A DNA stretch of 64,000 bases from Acetobacteraceae bacterium (GTDB lineage Bacteria > Pseudomonadota > Alphaproteobacteria > Acetobacterales > Acetobacteraceae), in contig DATJSJ010000231.1 in assembly GCA_035504175.1 (NCBI GenBank), positions 10,306-74,305 of the forward strand, read 5' to 3'. Both the position numbers and the translations under genes were made by a program. This document shows, piece after piece, positions 55,234-64,000 of the stretch; within the stretch, counting starts at the first letter, position 1; each line of letters begins with the position of its first letter. The notes beneath the pieces are model-generated. The model searched no databases. It worked only from the letters and a program-made list of their open reading frames with translations, and had not been told where the DNA came from.

Positions 55234-56055
55234 TCAAGCCCGATCGGGGAGTAGCAATTCGCCCTTGCCGAGCACCGCCATGTCCCCGGCGAGGCGCCGC
55301 GTCGCCGTGGCGGCGAGACGCGCGGCGCGCTGGCTGACCGGCCGCAGCAGCCGGGCGAGCAGGCGGGCAAACACCGGGTCGGTCGCGCCGGAGTCGACGA
55401 AGGTCGGTGACAGCGACGGCGCGCGGCCGAGCACCAGCGTGCCGCGGCGCAGCAGATAGCCCGGCAGCGCCCCGGCCGTGCCGCAGACCACGAGCGTGCC
55501 GGCGACCATGCGGCTGCCGGGATGGTCGCCGGCATGGCCCTCGATGACGATGAGTCCGCGGCGGAGATGATCGCCGGCGCGCGCTCCGGCATCGCCCAGC
55601 ACGAGCACGGTGCCGCCGCGCATCCCGCCGCGCTCACCGGGTCGGGCGCCGCCCAGGAAGGCGCCGGCATCGCCCGCGATCTCGATCGTGCCGCCGCGCA
55701 GGTCGCAGGCGGCGTGGTCCCCGGCGCTGCCGGCGATGCGCAGCGTGCCCGCGACCATGCCGCGACCGGCGCCGAACCCGGCGTCGCCGTCCAGCACCAG
55801 CTCGCCGCCTTGCATGCCGGCGCCGACCTCGTCGAACCGCTCCGATCCGCCAGTGATCGCAAGGCGCGCGGGATCGCCGGGGCGGAGACGGAACAGGTCG
55901 CCGACCACCACCGGACGACGGGTGGTGTTGAGCGCGAGGCGCTCGATGGCGCCGGCGTCCATACCGGCCAGACGGTGTGGCACGAGCGGCGAGAGGTCGA
56001 GCCGCTGCTCCGGGTCACTGCGCAGGGTTAGGCGCAATCCGGCGGGCGCCCTCAC
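55234..56055 (-). CDS. fhcC: Formyltransferase/hydrolase complex subunit C (FwdC/FhcC family)
   Basis: Repeated beta-helix GxxGxxxG units: GGELVLDGDAGFGAGRGMVAGTLRIAGSAGDHAACDLRGGTIEIAGDAGAFLG... Confidence 0.88.
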   Translation of the reverse strand: MRAPAGLRLTLRSDPEQRLDLSPLVPHRLAGMDAGAIERLALNTTRRPVVVGDLFRLRPGDPARLAITGGSERFDEVGAGMQGGELVLDGDAGFGAGRGMVAGTLRIAGSAGDHAACDLRGGTIEIAGDAGAFLGGARPGERGGMRGGTVLVLGDAGARAGDHLRRGLIVIEGHAGDHPGSRMVAGTLVVCGTAGALPGYLLRRGTLVLGRAPSLSPTFVDSGATDPVFARLLARLLRPVSQRAARLAATATRRLAGDMAVLGKGELLLPDRA

Positions 56056-56954
56056 GGCAGCAGCTCACGCAGGTGGAAGTGATGGCGGCCGAGCTTGCCG
56101 CCGTAGTTGCCGGCGCCGATGCGCACGGCGCCGTGCTCCGGCCCGAGCGGGATCGCGGCGGCGAGCCCCGCCCGCATCGCCGCGGCGACCGCCTCCGGGG
56201 TAAGCCCGTCGATCACGATTTCCAGCACCGCGGCGATGTCCTCGCCGAGTTCCGTGTCCGGCACGATGCCGCGCAGGGTCGGGCAATAGGCGTGGTTGGT
56301 CGAGGCCATCAGCGCCTTGTATTTCGACCCGACCTTGGAGCCGGAGCGGGCGATGCCGCCCGGGAACGGGGCGATCGCGTCGGGCACGGCGCCGATCGCG
56401 TCGACCACGGCCTCGGCGGCGCGCAGCGCGCCGGCGGCGCTGCGCGCCATCAGGATCAGGTTGCCGCCGCCGACCGCCTGCCTAGTCATACCGGTCGTGC
56501 CCTCGCAGACGAACTCGCCGTCCATCACCGGGACGCGCCAGAAATGCCGCCCGCCGAGGCGCTTGGAGATCTGCCAGCCATCGCCGAAATAGCGCAGCGC
56601 GTCGCCGAGCTTCAGCGTCTCCGCCGCCTCGAGGCCGGCATAGCAGGCCGATCCCGGGCTGGTCAGCACGCATTGCCCGACGCGGTTCTGCACCTGCTTC
56701 TGCAGCTCGCCGGAGGAGCCGGAGAACATCAGCACGCGAACCCCGGGGCGGCCGTCGGGCGTCTCCTCGGCCGCGACCTCGGCGTCGATCGCCGCCTCGG
56801 CGCCGCAGGCGATGATCGAGGTGGCGAAGCCGGTCATGGTCACCGCCGCCTGCCGCGCCCAGCGCCGTGTCGGCGCGGTGATCAGCAGCGCGGTGCCGCG
56901 CATGTCGAACGCTTCGGCGAACGTGTCGTCGATGCGCACGCCGTTGCGCGTCAT
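56052..56954 (-). CDS. fhcD: Formylmethanofuran--tetrahydromethanopterin N-formyltransferase (Ftr/FhcD)
   Basis: The ATG at 56954 gives MTRNGVRIDDTFAEAFDMRGTALLITA...GDGWQISKRLGGRHFWRVPVMDGEF...SKVGSKYKALMASTNHAYCPTL. Confidence 0.92.
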   Translation of the reverse strand: MTRNGVRIDDTFAEAFDMRGTALLITAPTRRWARQAAVTMTGFATSIIACGAEAAIDAEVAAEETPDGRPGVRVLMFSGSSGELQKQVQNRVGQCVLTSPGSACYAGLEAAETLKLGDALRYFGDGWQISKRLGGRHFWRVPVMDGEFVCEGTTGMTRQAVGGGNLILMARSAAGALRAAEAVVDAIGAVPDAIAPFPGGIARSGSKVGSKYKALMASTNHAYCPTLRGIVPDTELGEDIAAVLEIVIDGLTPEAVAAAMRAGLAAAIPLGPEHGAVRIGAGNYGGKLGRHHFHLRELLP

Positions 56955-57016
56955 GCGATCGCGCGGGGAAGCGGCGGCGCGGCCGGTACGCCGGTCCGGT
57001 TGGCGTCGCTGGCGCG

Positions 57017-58666
57017 TTACGGCTGGCATGGCACCGCCTCGAACGGATCGGCGAGGCCGACGGCGAAGTCCGGCACGTCGAAGGCCGCGTGCGAGACACC
57101 GTAGACCCGCTCGTACCAGTCGCCGAGATGACGGTCGATCGCCGCGTCGTACGGCGCCTGCACCGCGAGGGCCCGACCGCGTGCGGCACGCGCCTCGGGC
57201 AGCGCGATGCCGTCGCGCACGATCAGGCGTCCGTCCTTGAACACCATCGACGCGTGCCGGAACATCGCGGCGCGATCGGCTTGCGGCCGGTAGACGGCGA
57301 TGTCGGCGCGCGCCGCGGGGCCGAGATGGCCGCGATCGGCAAGCCCCAGCAGCCGCGCCGCCGCGGCGCGCGTCATCGTCGCGATCTCCACCAGCGTGTA
57401 CTCGCGCGCGATCGACGGCAGCGTGCAGACCGACATCGCCTCCTTCGGCACCGTCTCGATCCATTGCGCGCGCAAATCGCGATCCATCAGCAGGGCGAAC
57501 AGGTCGGGGTAGGCGGTGAACGGCGCGCCATTGGGGTGGTCAGTGGTGAAGAACATGCGCCACGGATCGGGCGCGAGCAGGAACAGTTCGAGTCCCGCGG
57601 CCCATTGCACCGCGTTGAAGAAGCTGCGGCGGCTGTAGCGGTACGGCACGATGCCGCCGCCATTGCCCTCGCCGTCCATGATCACCGACTTGCGCGGATG
57701 CGCCTGGCCGCGGGCGTTGAACTGGCGCAGCGTGTCGCAGGAGACGGTGACGGTCTGCCCGAACATCACCTGGCCGACATCGGCGGTGACGTTTGGCCGG
57801 GTGGCTAGCGCCTCGACCAGGCGCAGCGCCGCGGAGGAGAAGCCGCGCGGCCCCTCCTTGCCGTAGGCGTAGAACTGCAGATGCGCGAGGTGCAGGCGCA
57901 GATCGCCGGCCGCCTCGATCGTCGCCAGCGCGGTCTCGACATTGCCGGGCATGCCGAGATTGTTGCAGTGCAAATGCACCGGGTGCGGCACCCCGAGGGC
58001 CACCACCGCTTGCTGCATGGCGGTGAAGATCGCGCGCGAGGAGACGCCGTAGGACGGCACCTCGTCGTCGAGGCCGAAGCTGCGCACGTTCTCGCGGAAT
58101 GCGGCGGCGCCGCCGGGGTTGATCACCTTGACGCCGAGCGCGCGCGCGCCGGCCAGCATCCGCCCGGCGAAATTGGCGAGCGCCGCGGTGCCCTCGCCGT
58201 CGCGCAGCAGCCCGAGCTCGTAATCGCCGTTGCCGAGCACGGCGAGGATCGCCTTGTCGATATAAGGGATCGCCGCCAGCTCGCGCTGGGCCTGCAGCGC
58301 GACATGCGGCGGGATCGCCGGCTCGACCACGGTGGTGAAGCCCATCTGCGCGTAGAGCCGGCCGATCGCCGCCGCATCCGGCGCCGAATCGAAGCCGCCA
58401 TCGGCGCCGCGCTGATCGGGCAGCAGCAGGCGCGAGGTGTTCACGTTGGCGCCGGCGATGTGCGAGTGGATGTCGACGCCGCCGGCCATGACGACGCAGC
58501 CGGTCGCGTCGAAGGTCACGTCCGGCGTCCGGTCCGATCCGATACCGGCCCCGGGATCGGCGCCCGGATCGGCGATTATGTGGCCGTCCTCGAACCACAG
58601 ATCGCCGACCGCATCGGTGCCGTGCGCCGGGTCGATGACATGGCCGCCGGCCAGGCGCGTCAGCAC
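57017..58666 (-). CDS. fhcA: Formyltransferase/hydrolase complex subunit A (FwdA/FhcA amidohydrolase)
   Basis: The GTG at 58666 gives VLTRLAGGHVIDPAHG...CVVMAGGVDIHSHIAG (metal-binding HxH)...HLHCNNLG...HLAHLQFYAYG. It overlaps the fhcB stop. Confidence 0.9.
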   Translation of the reverse strand: MLTRLAGGHVIDPAHGTDAVGDLWFEDGHIIADPGADPGAGIGSDRTPDVTFDATGCVVMAGGVDIHSHIAGANVNTSRLLLPDQRGADGGFDSAPDAAAIGRLYAQMGFTTVVEPAIPPHVALQAQRELAAIPYIDKAILAVLGNGDYELGLLRDGEGTAALANFAGRMLAGARALGVKVINPGGAAAFRENVRSFGLDDEVPSYGVSSRAIFTAMQQAVVALGVPHPVHLHCNNLGMPGNVETALATIEAAGDLRLHLAHLQFYAYGKEGPRGFSSAALRLVEALATRPNVTADVGQVMFGQTVTVSCDTLRQFNARGQAHPRKSVIMDGEGNGGGIVPYRYSRRSFFNAVQWAAGLELFLLAPDPWRMFFTTDHPNGAPFTAYPDLFALLMDRDLRAQWIETVPKEAMSVCTLPSIAREYTLVEIATMTRAAAARLLGLADRGHLGPAARADIAVYRPQADRAAMFRHASMVFKDGRLIVRDGIALPEARAARGRALAVQAPYDAAIDRHLGDWYERVYGVSHAAFDVPDFAVGLADPFEAVPCQP

Positions 58667-59784
58667 GACACCGCCTCCGCGGCGGGCGCGGCGGCACGGG
58701 CGAGGGCGCGCAGGATCTCCGCCACCGAGGGCGCCGCGCTGCGGGCGCTGGCCACAACCGGCGCCAGCGCGCCGAGCTCCGCCCGCCATTGCACGGCGTC
58801 GTGGTCGATACCCGGCCGGCCGATCGCGATCGCCACCGCGGCACCGCTTGCCGCCTGCACCTCGGCCTCCGGCACCAGCGCGATCAGCGCGGCGTCCTCG
58901 AGATGCGGCGCCGCCGCGCTGCCGGGATCGGTGCCGATCCACAGCACCGCATCGGCCTCGCCCGACCCGATCAACCGGTCGGCACCGAGCCGCAGCGGAT
59001 CGTGCTCCGGATGGAAGCGGCCGAAGCCAACCGGCAGCGGGAAGCCCGCCTCCCAGCCGGCCGCCTGCATCGCCGCGGCGGCGCCGCCGCCCGGCGCCAG
59101 CGGCAGGCCGGCGAAGCGGGTGGTCTCGTTCAGCGCGTCGATCAGCCCGCACAGCATCTCGATTGCGAGCGCATCGAGCGTCGCGGCCGACCAGACCACG
59201 ACGCCGTAGCGCGCCGCGCGCAACGCCTCCGCCCAGGCCGCGAGCGCCGCGCGCTCCGGCGCTGCCGGCGTCACCCGGCGCCCGGCCACGAGTGCCCGCA
59301 GCGTCGCGAGTAGCCCGGGTAGCTCCGCCGGGGTACTCCGGATCGTGTCCTCGTCCTGCGCGCCATCCCGCGCCCCAGCGCCGGGGCACAGCCGGAGCAC
59401 GCGCCGGGCGCCCGCCGCTGCGAGCGGCGGCGGCGCATCGAGCGCCAAGCGCTCGGCAAGATCCGGCCAGGCCGCGTCGAGCCCGGGCCCGACCAGCAGC
59501 ACCAGATCGGCGCGGGCGCGGGCCTGCAACGGCGAGGTGACGATCCAGCCCGCGTCGCGCATCACCCCGAGATCGCGCAGCGCCGCCGGTGATTGCACGT
59601 GATCGACGATCCCGCCCAGCGCCCGGGCGAGTGCCACCGCCGCTTCGGTGCCGGCGACGTCGATCTCGGCGCAGAGGATCAGCGGGCAGACGCTGTCGCG
59701 CAGCACCGCCGCGGCCGCCTCGATCGCCTCCGACCGCGTCGCCGCACGGCCGCCGATGCGGCAGGTCGGGTCGTCGTCGGTCAT
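58660..59784 (-). CDS. fhcB: Formyltransferase/hydrolase complex subunit B (FwdB/FhcB-like)
   Basis: The ATG at 59784 gives MTDDDPTCRIGGRAATRSEAIEAAAAVLRDSVCPLILCAEIDVAGTEAAVALARALGGIVDH. It precedes fhcA-D-C on the minus strand. Confidence 0.85.
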   Translation of the reverse strand: MTDDDPTCRIGGRAATRSEAIEAAAAVLRDSVCPLILCAEIDVAGTEAAVALARALGGIVDHVQSPAALRDLGVMRDAGWIVTSPLQARARADLVLLVGPGLDAAWPDLAERLALDAPPPLAAAGARRVLRLCPGAGARDGAQDEDTIRSTPAELPGLLATLRALVAGRRVTPAAPERAALAAWAEALRAARYGVVVWSAATLDALAIEMLCGLIDALNETTRFAGLPLAPGGGAAAAMQAAGWEAGFPLPVGFGRFHPEHDPLRLGADRLIGSGEADAVLWIGTDPGSAAAPHLEDAALIALVPEAEVQAASGAAVAIAIGRPGIDHDAVQWRAELGALAPVVASARSAAPSVAEILRALARAAAPAAEAVSC

Positions 59785-59800
59785 GCCGAGCCGCGCGCCG

Positions 59801-60181
59801 TCAGGAATCGTATTTGAGATAGGCGAAGCGCTGATCGCCCTGCGGCGTGCCCTCGAGCGCGCTGTCGGAGGATGGCCGCCACTGCACCACCTCCTCGATC
59901 TTGCGCGCCAGCTCGAAGTCCTTGTCGGTGATGCCCTTGGCGGTGTGCGTCGAGAGCCGCACCTCGACCCAGGCATAGGAGGCGGTGATGTCCGGATGGT
60001 GCCACGCCGCCTCGGCCAGGTGGCCGACCGTGTTGATCACCATGAGCGTGCCCTTCCAGCTGTTCGTGCGGAAGGTGCGGCGGATCCAGCCCCGCTCCAG
60101 CTTCCAGTGCGGCAGTTCTTTTGCCAGCCGCTCCTCGATCTCTGCCTCGGTGTAGACGCGCTCCTTGGCCCGCTCTGTCAT
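59801..60181 (-). CDS. Pterin-4a-carbinolamine dehydratase-like protein
   Basis: The ATG at 60181 gives LPHWKLERGWIRRTFRTNSWKGTLMVINTVGHLAEAAWHHPDITASYAWVEVRLSTH (PCD fold with the HHP motif), plus a roughly 30-aa C-terminal extension. Confidence 0.85.
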   Translation of the reverse strand: MTERAKERVYTEAEIEERLAKELPHWKLERGWIRRTFRTNSWKGTLMVINTVGHLAEAAWHHPDITASYAWVEVRLSTHTAKGITDKDFELARKIEEVVQWRPSSDSALEGTPQGDQRFAYLKYDS

Positions 60182-60317
60182 GTTGCGTTGCCTCCCCAAG
60201 GTGGGCGCCGCCTGGCGCGAGTTGCCCGGCGCTGCCTTAGCGTGGAACATGCCGCATGACCAGCGCAACGCCCCGCGCGCGCCGAGGCGCCGCACTGCAC
60301 TGCATCATTGCAGAACG

Positions 60318-61316
60318 ATGAGGCAAAATGCCGAGGCTCCGGCAGATGCGCGGGTCGGACCGTCGGCGCTGGCCGACCAGGTCACGGTCTGTTGTAGCGC
60401 GCGGCTGCATCTCGGCTTCCTCGATCTCAATGGCGGGTTGGGACGGCGATTTGGCAGTCTCGGCCTGGCCCTGGATGCGCCCTGCACGCGGCTCACCCTG
60501 CGGCGGGCGCAGGGTCTGCGGGTCACGGGCGCGGAACCGGAGCGGGCGACGCGCCTGCTGACGGAGATGCTGCGGCATTCCGGCCTGGACGAGACGGGCC
60601 ACGCACTGGCGATCGCCGAAGCGATCCCCGCCCATGCCGGGCTCGGCTCCGGCACCCAGCTCGCGCTCGCGATCGCCGCGGCGCTGCGCCGGCTGCACGG
60701 GTTGCCGCCCGATCCGGCGGCGGACGCGATGCTGCTCGGGCGCGGCGCCCGCTCCGGGGTCGGCCTGCATCTGTTCCGACACGGCGGGGTGGTGGTGGAC
60801 GGTGGCCGCGGTGCGCGGGAGCAACCGCCGCCGCTCCTGTCGCGGCTGCCGGTGCCGGAGGACTGGCGCGTCGTGCTGGTGCTGGACCCGGCCCGGCAGG
60901 GACTGGCCGGCGGCGCCGAGATCGATGCCTTCGCCGGTCTGACGCCGCTGCCGGAGGCCGCGGCGGCGGAGATCTGCCGGCTCGTGCTGATGCAGGCGCT
61001 GCCGGGCGTCGCCGAGGACGATATCGGCGCTTTCGGCGCGGCGGTGACGCGCATGCAGGAGATCGTCGGCGACCATTTCGCCCCGGCCCAGGGCGGCCGC
61101 TTCACCAGTCCGCCCGTCGCCGCGGCGCTGGCAGGACTGCGCGCCGCCGGCGCCGTTGGCATCGGCCAGAGCAGCTGGGGACCGACCGGCTTCGCCTTCA
61201 TCCGCGGCGAGGCCGCCGCGCGCCGCGCGGCAGACGCGGCGGCGGCGCAGGCCGCGGGACTGGACTTCATGGTCTGCCGCGGGCTCAATCACGGCGCCAG
61301 CGTCGCCGCGGGCTGA
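60318..61316 (+). CDS. mptG: Beta-ribofuranosylaminobenzene 5'-phosphate synthase (H4MPT biosynthesis, GHMP-like)
   Basis: VTVCCSARLHLGFLDLNGGLGRRFGSLGLALD...AHAGLGSGTQLALAIAAAL. ATG at 60318; the ORF-track start at 60165 would overlap the divergent gene. Confidence 0.85.
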   Translation: MRQNAEAPADARVGPSALADQVTVCCSARLHLGFLDLNGGLGRRFGSLGLALDAPCTRLTLRRAQGLRVTGAEPERATRLLTEMLRHSGLDETGHALAIAEAIPAHAGLGSGTQLALAIAAALRRLHGLPPDPAADAMLLGRGARSGVGLHLFRHGGVVVDGGRGAREQPPPLLSRLPVPEDWRVVLVLDPARQGLAGGAEIDAFAGLTPLPEAAAAEICRLVLMQALPGVAEDDIGAFGAAVTRMQEIVGDHFAPAQGGRFTSPPVAAALAGLRAAGAVGIGQSSWGPTGFAFIRGEAAARRAADAAAAQAAGLDFMVCRGLNHGASVAAG

Positions 61317-61360
61317 CGGCGGCGATCGCCGGCCCGCGGCGCAGCGCCGCCCGGGAGGAG

Positions 61361-62263
61361 ATGGACAGCGTGGCCGACAAGCACATCCTGCACATGCTGA
61401 GCCCGCTCAAGCATGTGAGCCCGTTCGACGTGAACATGGCGCTCGATGCCGGGTTCGACGCGGTCGTCCCGTACGAGGCGGTGGAGGCGCACGACGTCAC
61501 CGGCCTTGTCCAGGACGCGATCTTCTCCCGCCCGCCCAAGCTTGGCCCGCGCACCGGCATCTTCATCGGCGGACGCAACGCGATCGCGGCGCTCGACATG
61601 ATCGAGGCGGCGAAGCAGGCGATGGTACCGCCCTTCGCCGCCTCGATCTTCGCCGATCCCGCCGGCTCCTTCACCACCGCCGCGGCGATGGTCGCACGCG
61701 TCGAGCGGGTGCTGAAGCAGCAGGGCCATCATCTGCGCGACAGCCGGGTGGTGATCTTCGGCGCGACCGGTGTGGTGGGCTTCGCCTCCGGCGTGATCGC
61801 CGCGCTGGAAGGCGCGCGCGTCACGCTGGCCGGCCATGACGGGCCGAAGCGCGTGGCGCAGTCGGCCGAGGAGATCGGCAAGCGCTTCAAGGTCACGATG
61901 CACGCCGCCGACGCGAGCTCCGAGGAGCGCAAGGGCGCGGTGCTGCGCGAGGCCGAGATCGCGCTCTGCGCCGGCAAGGCCGGGGTGCAGATTCTCTCGA
62001 CCGCCCTGCTGCGTGGTGCGCCGGGACTGCGCGTGGTCGCCGACGTGAACGCGGTGCCGCCGCTCGGGGTCGAGGGGCTGGACGTGCACGCCGACGGCCC
62101 GCCGGTCGGCAATGGGGGGCCGGCCGGCATCGGCGCGCTGGCGATCGGCCAGACCAAGTACCGCACCGAGTTCGGGCTGTTCCGCCGCATGATCGAAAGC
62201 GACAAGCCGGTCGCCTTCGACTTCCGCGACGCCTTTGCCCTGGCGCGCGAGCTCGCCGCCTGA
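61361..62263 (+). CDS. mtdB: NAD(P)-dependent methylene-tetrahydromethanopterin dehydrogenase
   Basis: HILHMLSPLKHVSPFDVNMALDAGFDAVVPY...TGIFIGGRNA...FADPAGSFTTAAAMVA...VADVNAVPPLG...DFRDAFALARELA is near-colinear with Methylobacterium MtdB as I recall it. RBS GGGAGGAG. Confidence 0.92.
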   Translation: MDSVADKHILHMLSPLKHVSPFDVNMALDAGFDAVVPYEAVEAHDVTGLVQDAIFSRPPKLGPRTGIFIGGRNAIAALDMIEAAKQAMVPPFAASIFADPAGSFTTAAAMVARVERVLKQQGHHLRDSRVVIFGATGVVGFASGVIAALEGARVTLAGHDGPKRVAQSAEEIGKRFKVTMHAADASSEERKGAVLREAEIALCAGKAGVQILSTALLRGAPGLRVVADVNAVPPLGVEGLDVHADGPPVGNGGPAGIGALAIGQTKYRTEFGLFRRMIESDKPVAFDFRDAFALARELAA

Positions 62264-62316
62264 CCTGCGACCGGCTTCTGCGCTCCACCGCCCCGGATAC
62301 GGAAGCCGGCTCGCCG

Positions 62317-63426
62317 ATGCGGGCGGCGCCGGCGGTGCTGATCGCTGCCCTGTCCGGCCGGGCGCTGGCAGCGGCGGCGCGGCGCGCCGGCTACGCGCCG
62401 CTGGTCGCCGATCTGTTCGGCGACCTCGACACCCGGGAGATCGCCGCCGCGTGCGCGACCCTGCCCGGCGGCGTCGCGCGCGGCCCGGACGCGGCGGCGC
62501 TGCTGGCGGCGCTCGAACGGCTGGCGGCCGGCCGTAAGCCGGTCGGGCTGGTTCTGGGCGGCGGCTTCGAGCATCGGCCCGGCCTGCTGCGCGCGCTGGC
62601 ACGGCGCTTCCGGCTGCTCAGCAATGCGCCGGCGGTGGTGGCGCGCGTGAAGGATCCGAGGCGCTTCGCGGCCCTCTGCCGCACGCTCGGCGTGCCGCAT
62701 CCGGAGACGCGGGACGCGGCACCATCCGCCGGCGCCTGGCTGCGCAAGCGCGCCGGCGGGGCCGGCGGCGCGCATGTCGCCGAGGCGACGCCCGACGCAG
62801 CGCGGCGCGGCTGGTATGTCCAGCGCCGAGTGGCCGGGGAGCCGGTCTCCGCCCTGTTCCTGGCCGACGGGCGCGCCGCGCGGCTGGTCGGGTTCAGCCG
62901 GCAATGGCCCGATCCGACGCCGGAGCGACCGTTCCGCTACGGCGGTGCCGTGCGTCCCGCCGTCCTGCCGCCGCCGACCGCGGACCCGATGATGCAGGCG
63001 GTCGACCGGCTGACCGCGGCGCTCGGCCTGGTCGGGCTGAATAGCGCCGATTTCCTCTGCCGTGCGGACGGGTTCGACCTGCTGGAGATCAATCCGCGCC
63101 CTGGCGCGACGCTCGACATCTTCGCCGATGCCGCCGGATCGCTGTTCCGCCTGCACCTCGAAGCCTGCGATGGCCGCCTGCCACTGGCGGCCCCGGTCTT
63201 CACGGGCGCCGCCGCTTCGGTCACGGTCTATACAGCGCGGCGCATGCAGGTCCCGGCCGGGTTCGCCTGGCCCGACTGGGCCGCGGACCGTCAGCCGGCT
63301 CGTGTCGCGGTGCCGCGCGGGGGCCCGCTCTGCACGGTGCTGGCGACGGCGCCGGATGCGGCGGCGGCGGAAGCTTTGGCGCGACGGCGGGCGGGCGCGC
63401 TGCGCGCGATGGCGGAGGGGGCGTGA
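62317..63426 (+). CDS. ATP-grasp domain protein of the H4MPT-linked C1 cluster (function unresolved)
   Basis: LSGRALAAAARRAGYAPLVADLFGDLDT...WLRKRAGGAGGAHV...VQRRVAGEPVSALFLADG...GLNSADFL...LLEINPRPGATLD (ATP-grasp core). It lies between mtdB and mch. Confidence 0.75.
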   Translation: MRAAPAVLIAALSGRALAAAARRAGYAPLVADLFGDLDTREIAAACATLPGGVARGPDAAALLAALERLAAGRKPVGLVLGGGFEHRPGLLRALARRFRLLSNAPAVVARVKDPRRFAALCRTLGVPHPETRDAAPSAGAWLRKRAGGAGGAHVAEATPDAARRGWYVQRRVAGEPVSALFLADGRAARLVGFSRQWPDPTPERPFRYGGAVRPAVLPPPTADPMMQAVDRLTAALGLVGLNSADFLCRADGFDLLEINPRPGATLDIFADAAGSLFRLHLEACDGRLPLAAPVFTGAAASVTVYTARRMQVPAGFAWPDWAADRQPARVAVPRGGPLCTVLATAPDAAAAEALARRRAGALRAMAEGA

Positions 63427-64000
63427 TGGACGCGGACACCGGCTTGGACATCAATGCGCGGGCGGCACGCTTGGTCGATGCGCTGATCGCGGACGCGGCA
63501 GCGCTGCGTGTCGGCGTGGAGCGCGGGCCGGCCGGCGAGCGCCTGGTCGATGCCGGCGCCCGGCACGTGGGCGGCGTCGAGGCCGGGTTGCGCCTGGCCG
63601 AGATCTGCCTCGGCGGGCTGGGCCGCGTCCGGCTCGGCCCCGATGCGGCGACCCCGCGCTGGCCGTGGGTGGTCTCGGTTGCCTCGTCCAACCCGGTCAC
63701 CGCCTGCCTTGCCAGCCAGTATGCCGGCTGGAGCCTGTCATATGGCGAGAAGCCGGACGCATATTTCGCCCTAGGCTCCGGCCCGGCCCGCGCGCTCGCG
63801 CGCAAGGAGCCGATCTTCGCCGAGCTCGGCACCGCCGAGCGCGGCAGTGCCGCCGTGTTGGTGCTGGAGAGCGGCCGCGTGCCGCCGGCGCCGCTGCTGG
63901 CGCGGGTCGCGGCGGAGTGCGGCGTCGAAGGCAGCGGCTTGTCCGTGCTCTACGCGCCCACCCAGAGCCTGGCCGGCAGCGTGCAGGTGGTCGCCCGGGT
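63426..64000 (+). CDS. mch: Methenyltetrahydromethanopterin cyclohydrolase, partial (runs off window end)
   Basis: Hand translation from the ATG at 63426 (overlapping the upstream TGA): MDADTGLDINARAARLVDALIADAAALRVGVERGPAGERLVDAG...AEICLGGLG...ACLASQYAGWSL...FALGSGPARALA...YAPTQSLAGSVQVVAR matches Mch. There is no stop before 64000. Confidence 0.9.
   Translation, partial: MDADTGLDINARAARLVDALIADAAALRVGVERGPAGERLVDAGARHVGGVEAGLRLAEICLGGLGRVRLGPDAATPRWPWVVSVASSNPVTACLASQYAGWSLSYGEKPDAYFALGSGPARALARKEPIFAELGTAERGSAAVLVLESGRVPPAPLLARVAAECGVEGSGLSVLYAPTQSLAGSVQVVAR

Noticed and set aside
54912-56018. 368-aa minus-strand ORF spanning the small ORF and most of fhcC in another frame.
   Set aside because: The upstream ~300 aa are Ala/Pro/Arg/Ser-rich off-frame translation of fhcC. 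Only the last 70 aa, which have their own RBS and ATG at 55124, look like a gene.
1-64000. Search for mobile elements, CRISPR arrays, tRNA/rRNA genes, toxin-antitoxin pairs or known defence-system domains.
   Set aside because: No transposase, integrase or recombinase motifs were seen in any frame. There is no regularly spaced direct-repeat array and no cloverleaf-like tRNA candidate. No nuclease, ATPase or TIR-type defence signatures were recognised. The window reads as core chromosome with at most two small atypical-composition ORFs.

Overview
High-GC (visibly about 70%) alphaproteobacterial chromosomal region, gene-dense, with many long spurious antisense ORFs in the six-frame track. I found no transposase, integrase, prophage, tRNA, rRNA or CRISPR signal. 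Content in order: (1) the start of the dcw cluster on the minus strand (mraZ-rsmH-ftsL) with a candidate MraZ operator, then RNase P RNA (rnpB), an AmpD/AmiD-type amidase, djlA and an AsmA-family protein. (2) Two GT1 glycosyltransferases, a coiled-coil FkbM methyltransferase and an orphan cheZ-like gene. (3) A sugar-type ABC importer with a binding protein and two permeases but no ATPase. (4) A ppsA-pfkB operon divergent from a ROK kinase. (5) A microoxic fix/cco island: fixK, fixL, a receiver-only regulator, ccoNOQP, ccoGHIS, a distant fixJ, CBS-domain proteins and an FtsH paralog. At least six TTGA-N6-TCAA (FixK/FNR-type) boxes lie in this island. (6) A LysR regulator with a ytcA-mdtNOP-like efflux operon. 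(7) An oxidoreductase, a DUF1275 protein and an MFS transporter. (8) A radical-SAM/SPASM + GT2 + GT87-like + DUF2064 cluster. (9) A cytochrome c and the tetrahydromethanopterin C1 module (pcd-fhcBADC, mptG, mtdB, an ATP-grasp protein, mch), which suggests a methylotroph-like formaldehyde oxidation capacity. The least explained elements are listed here. First, an orphan vWA/MIDAS protein with an unassignable Cys-rich C-terminus sits between two fix operons, behind a perfect CRP-type palindrome. Second, the rSAM-glycosyltransferase cluster. Third, several small ORFs that the track does not resolve or does not list: a 2-TM ORF coupled to ccoN, ccoQ, and a Cys-containing 70-aa ORF after fhcC. Fourth, a family of GC-rich stem-loop repeats. 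Fifth, a 26-bp-arm inverted repeat in the djlA/asmA intergenic region. All functional calls rest on motif recognition by eye. No database search was run.
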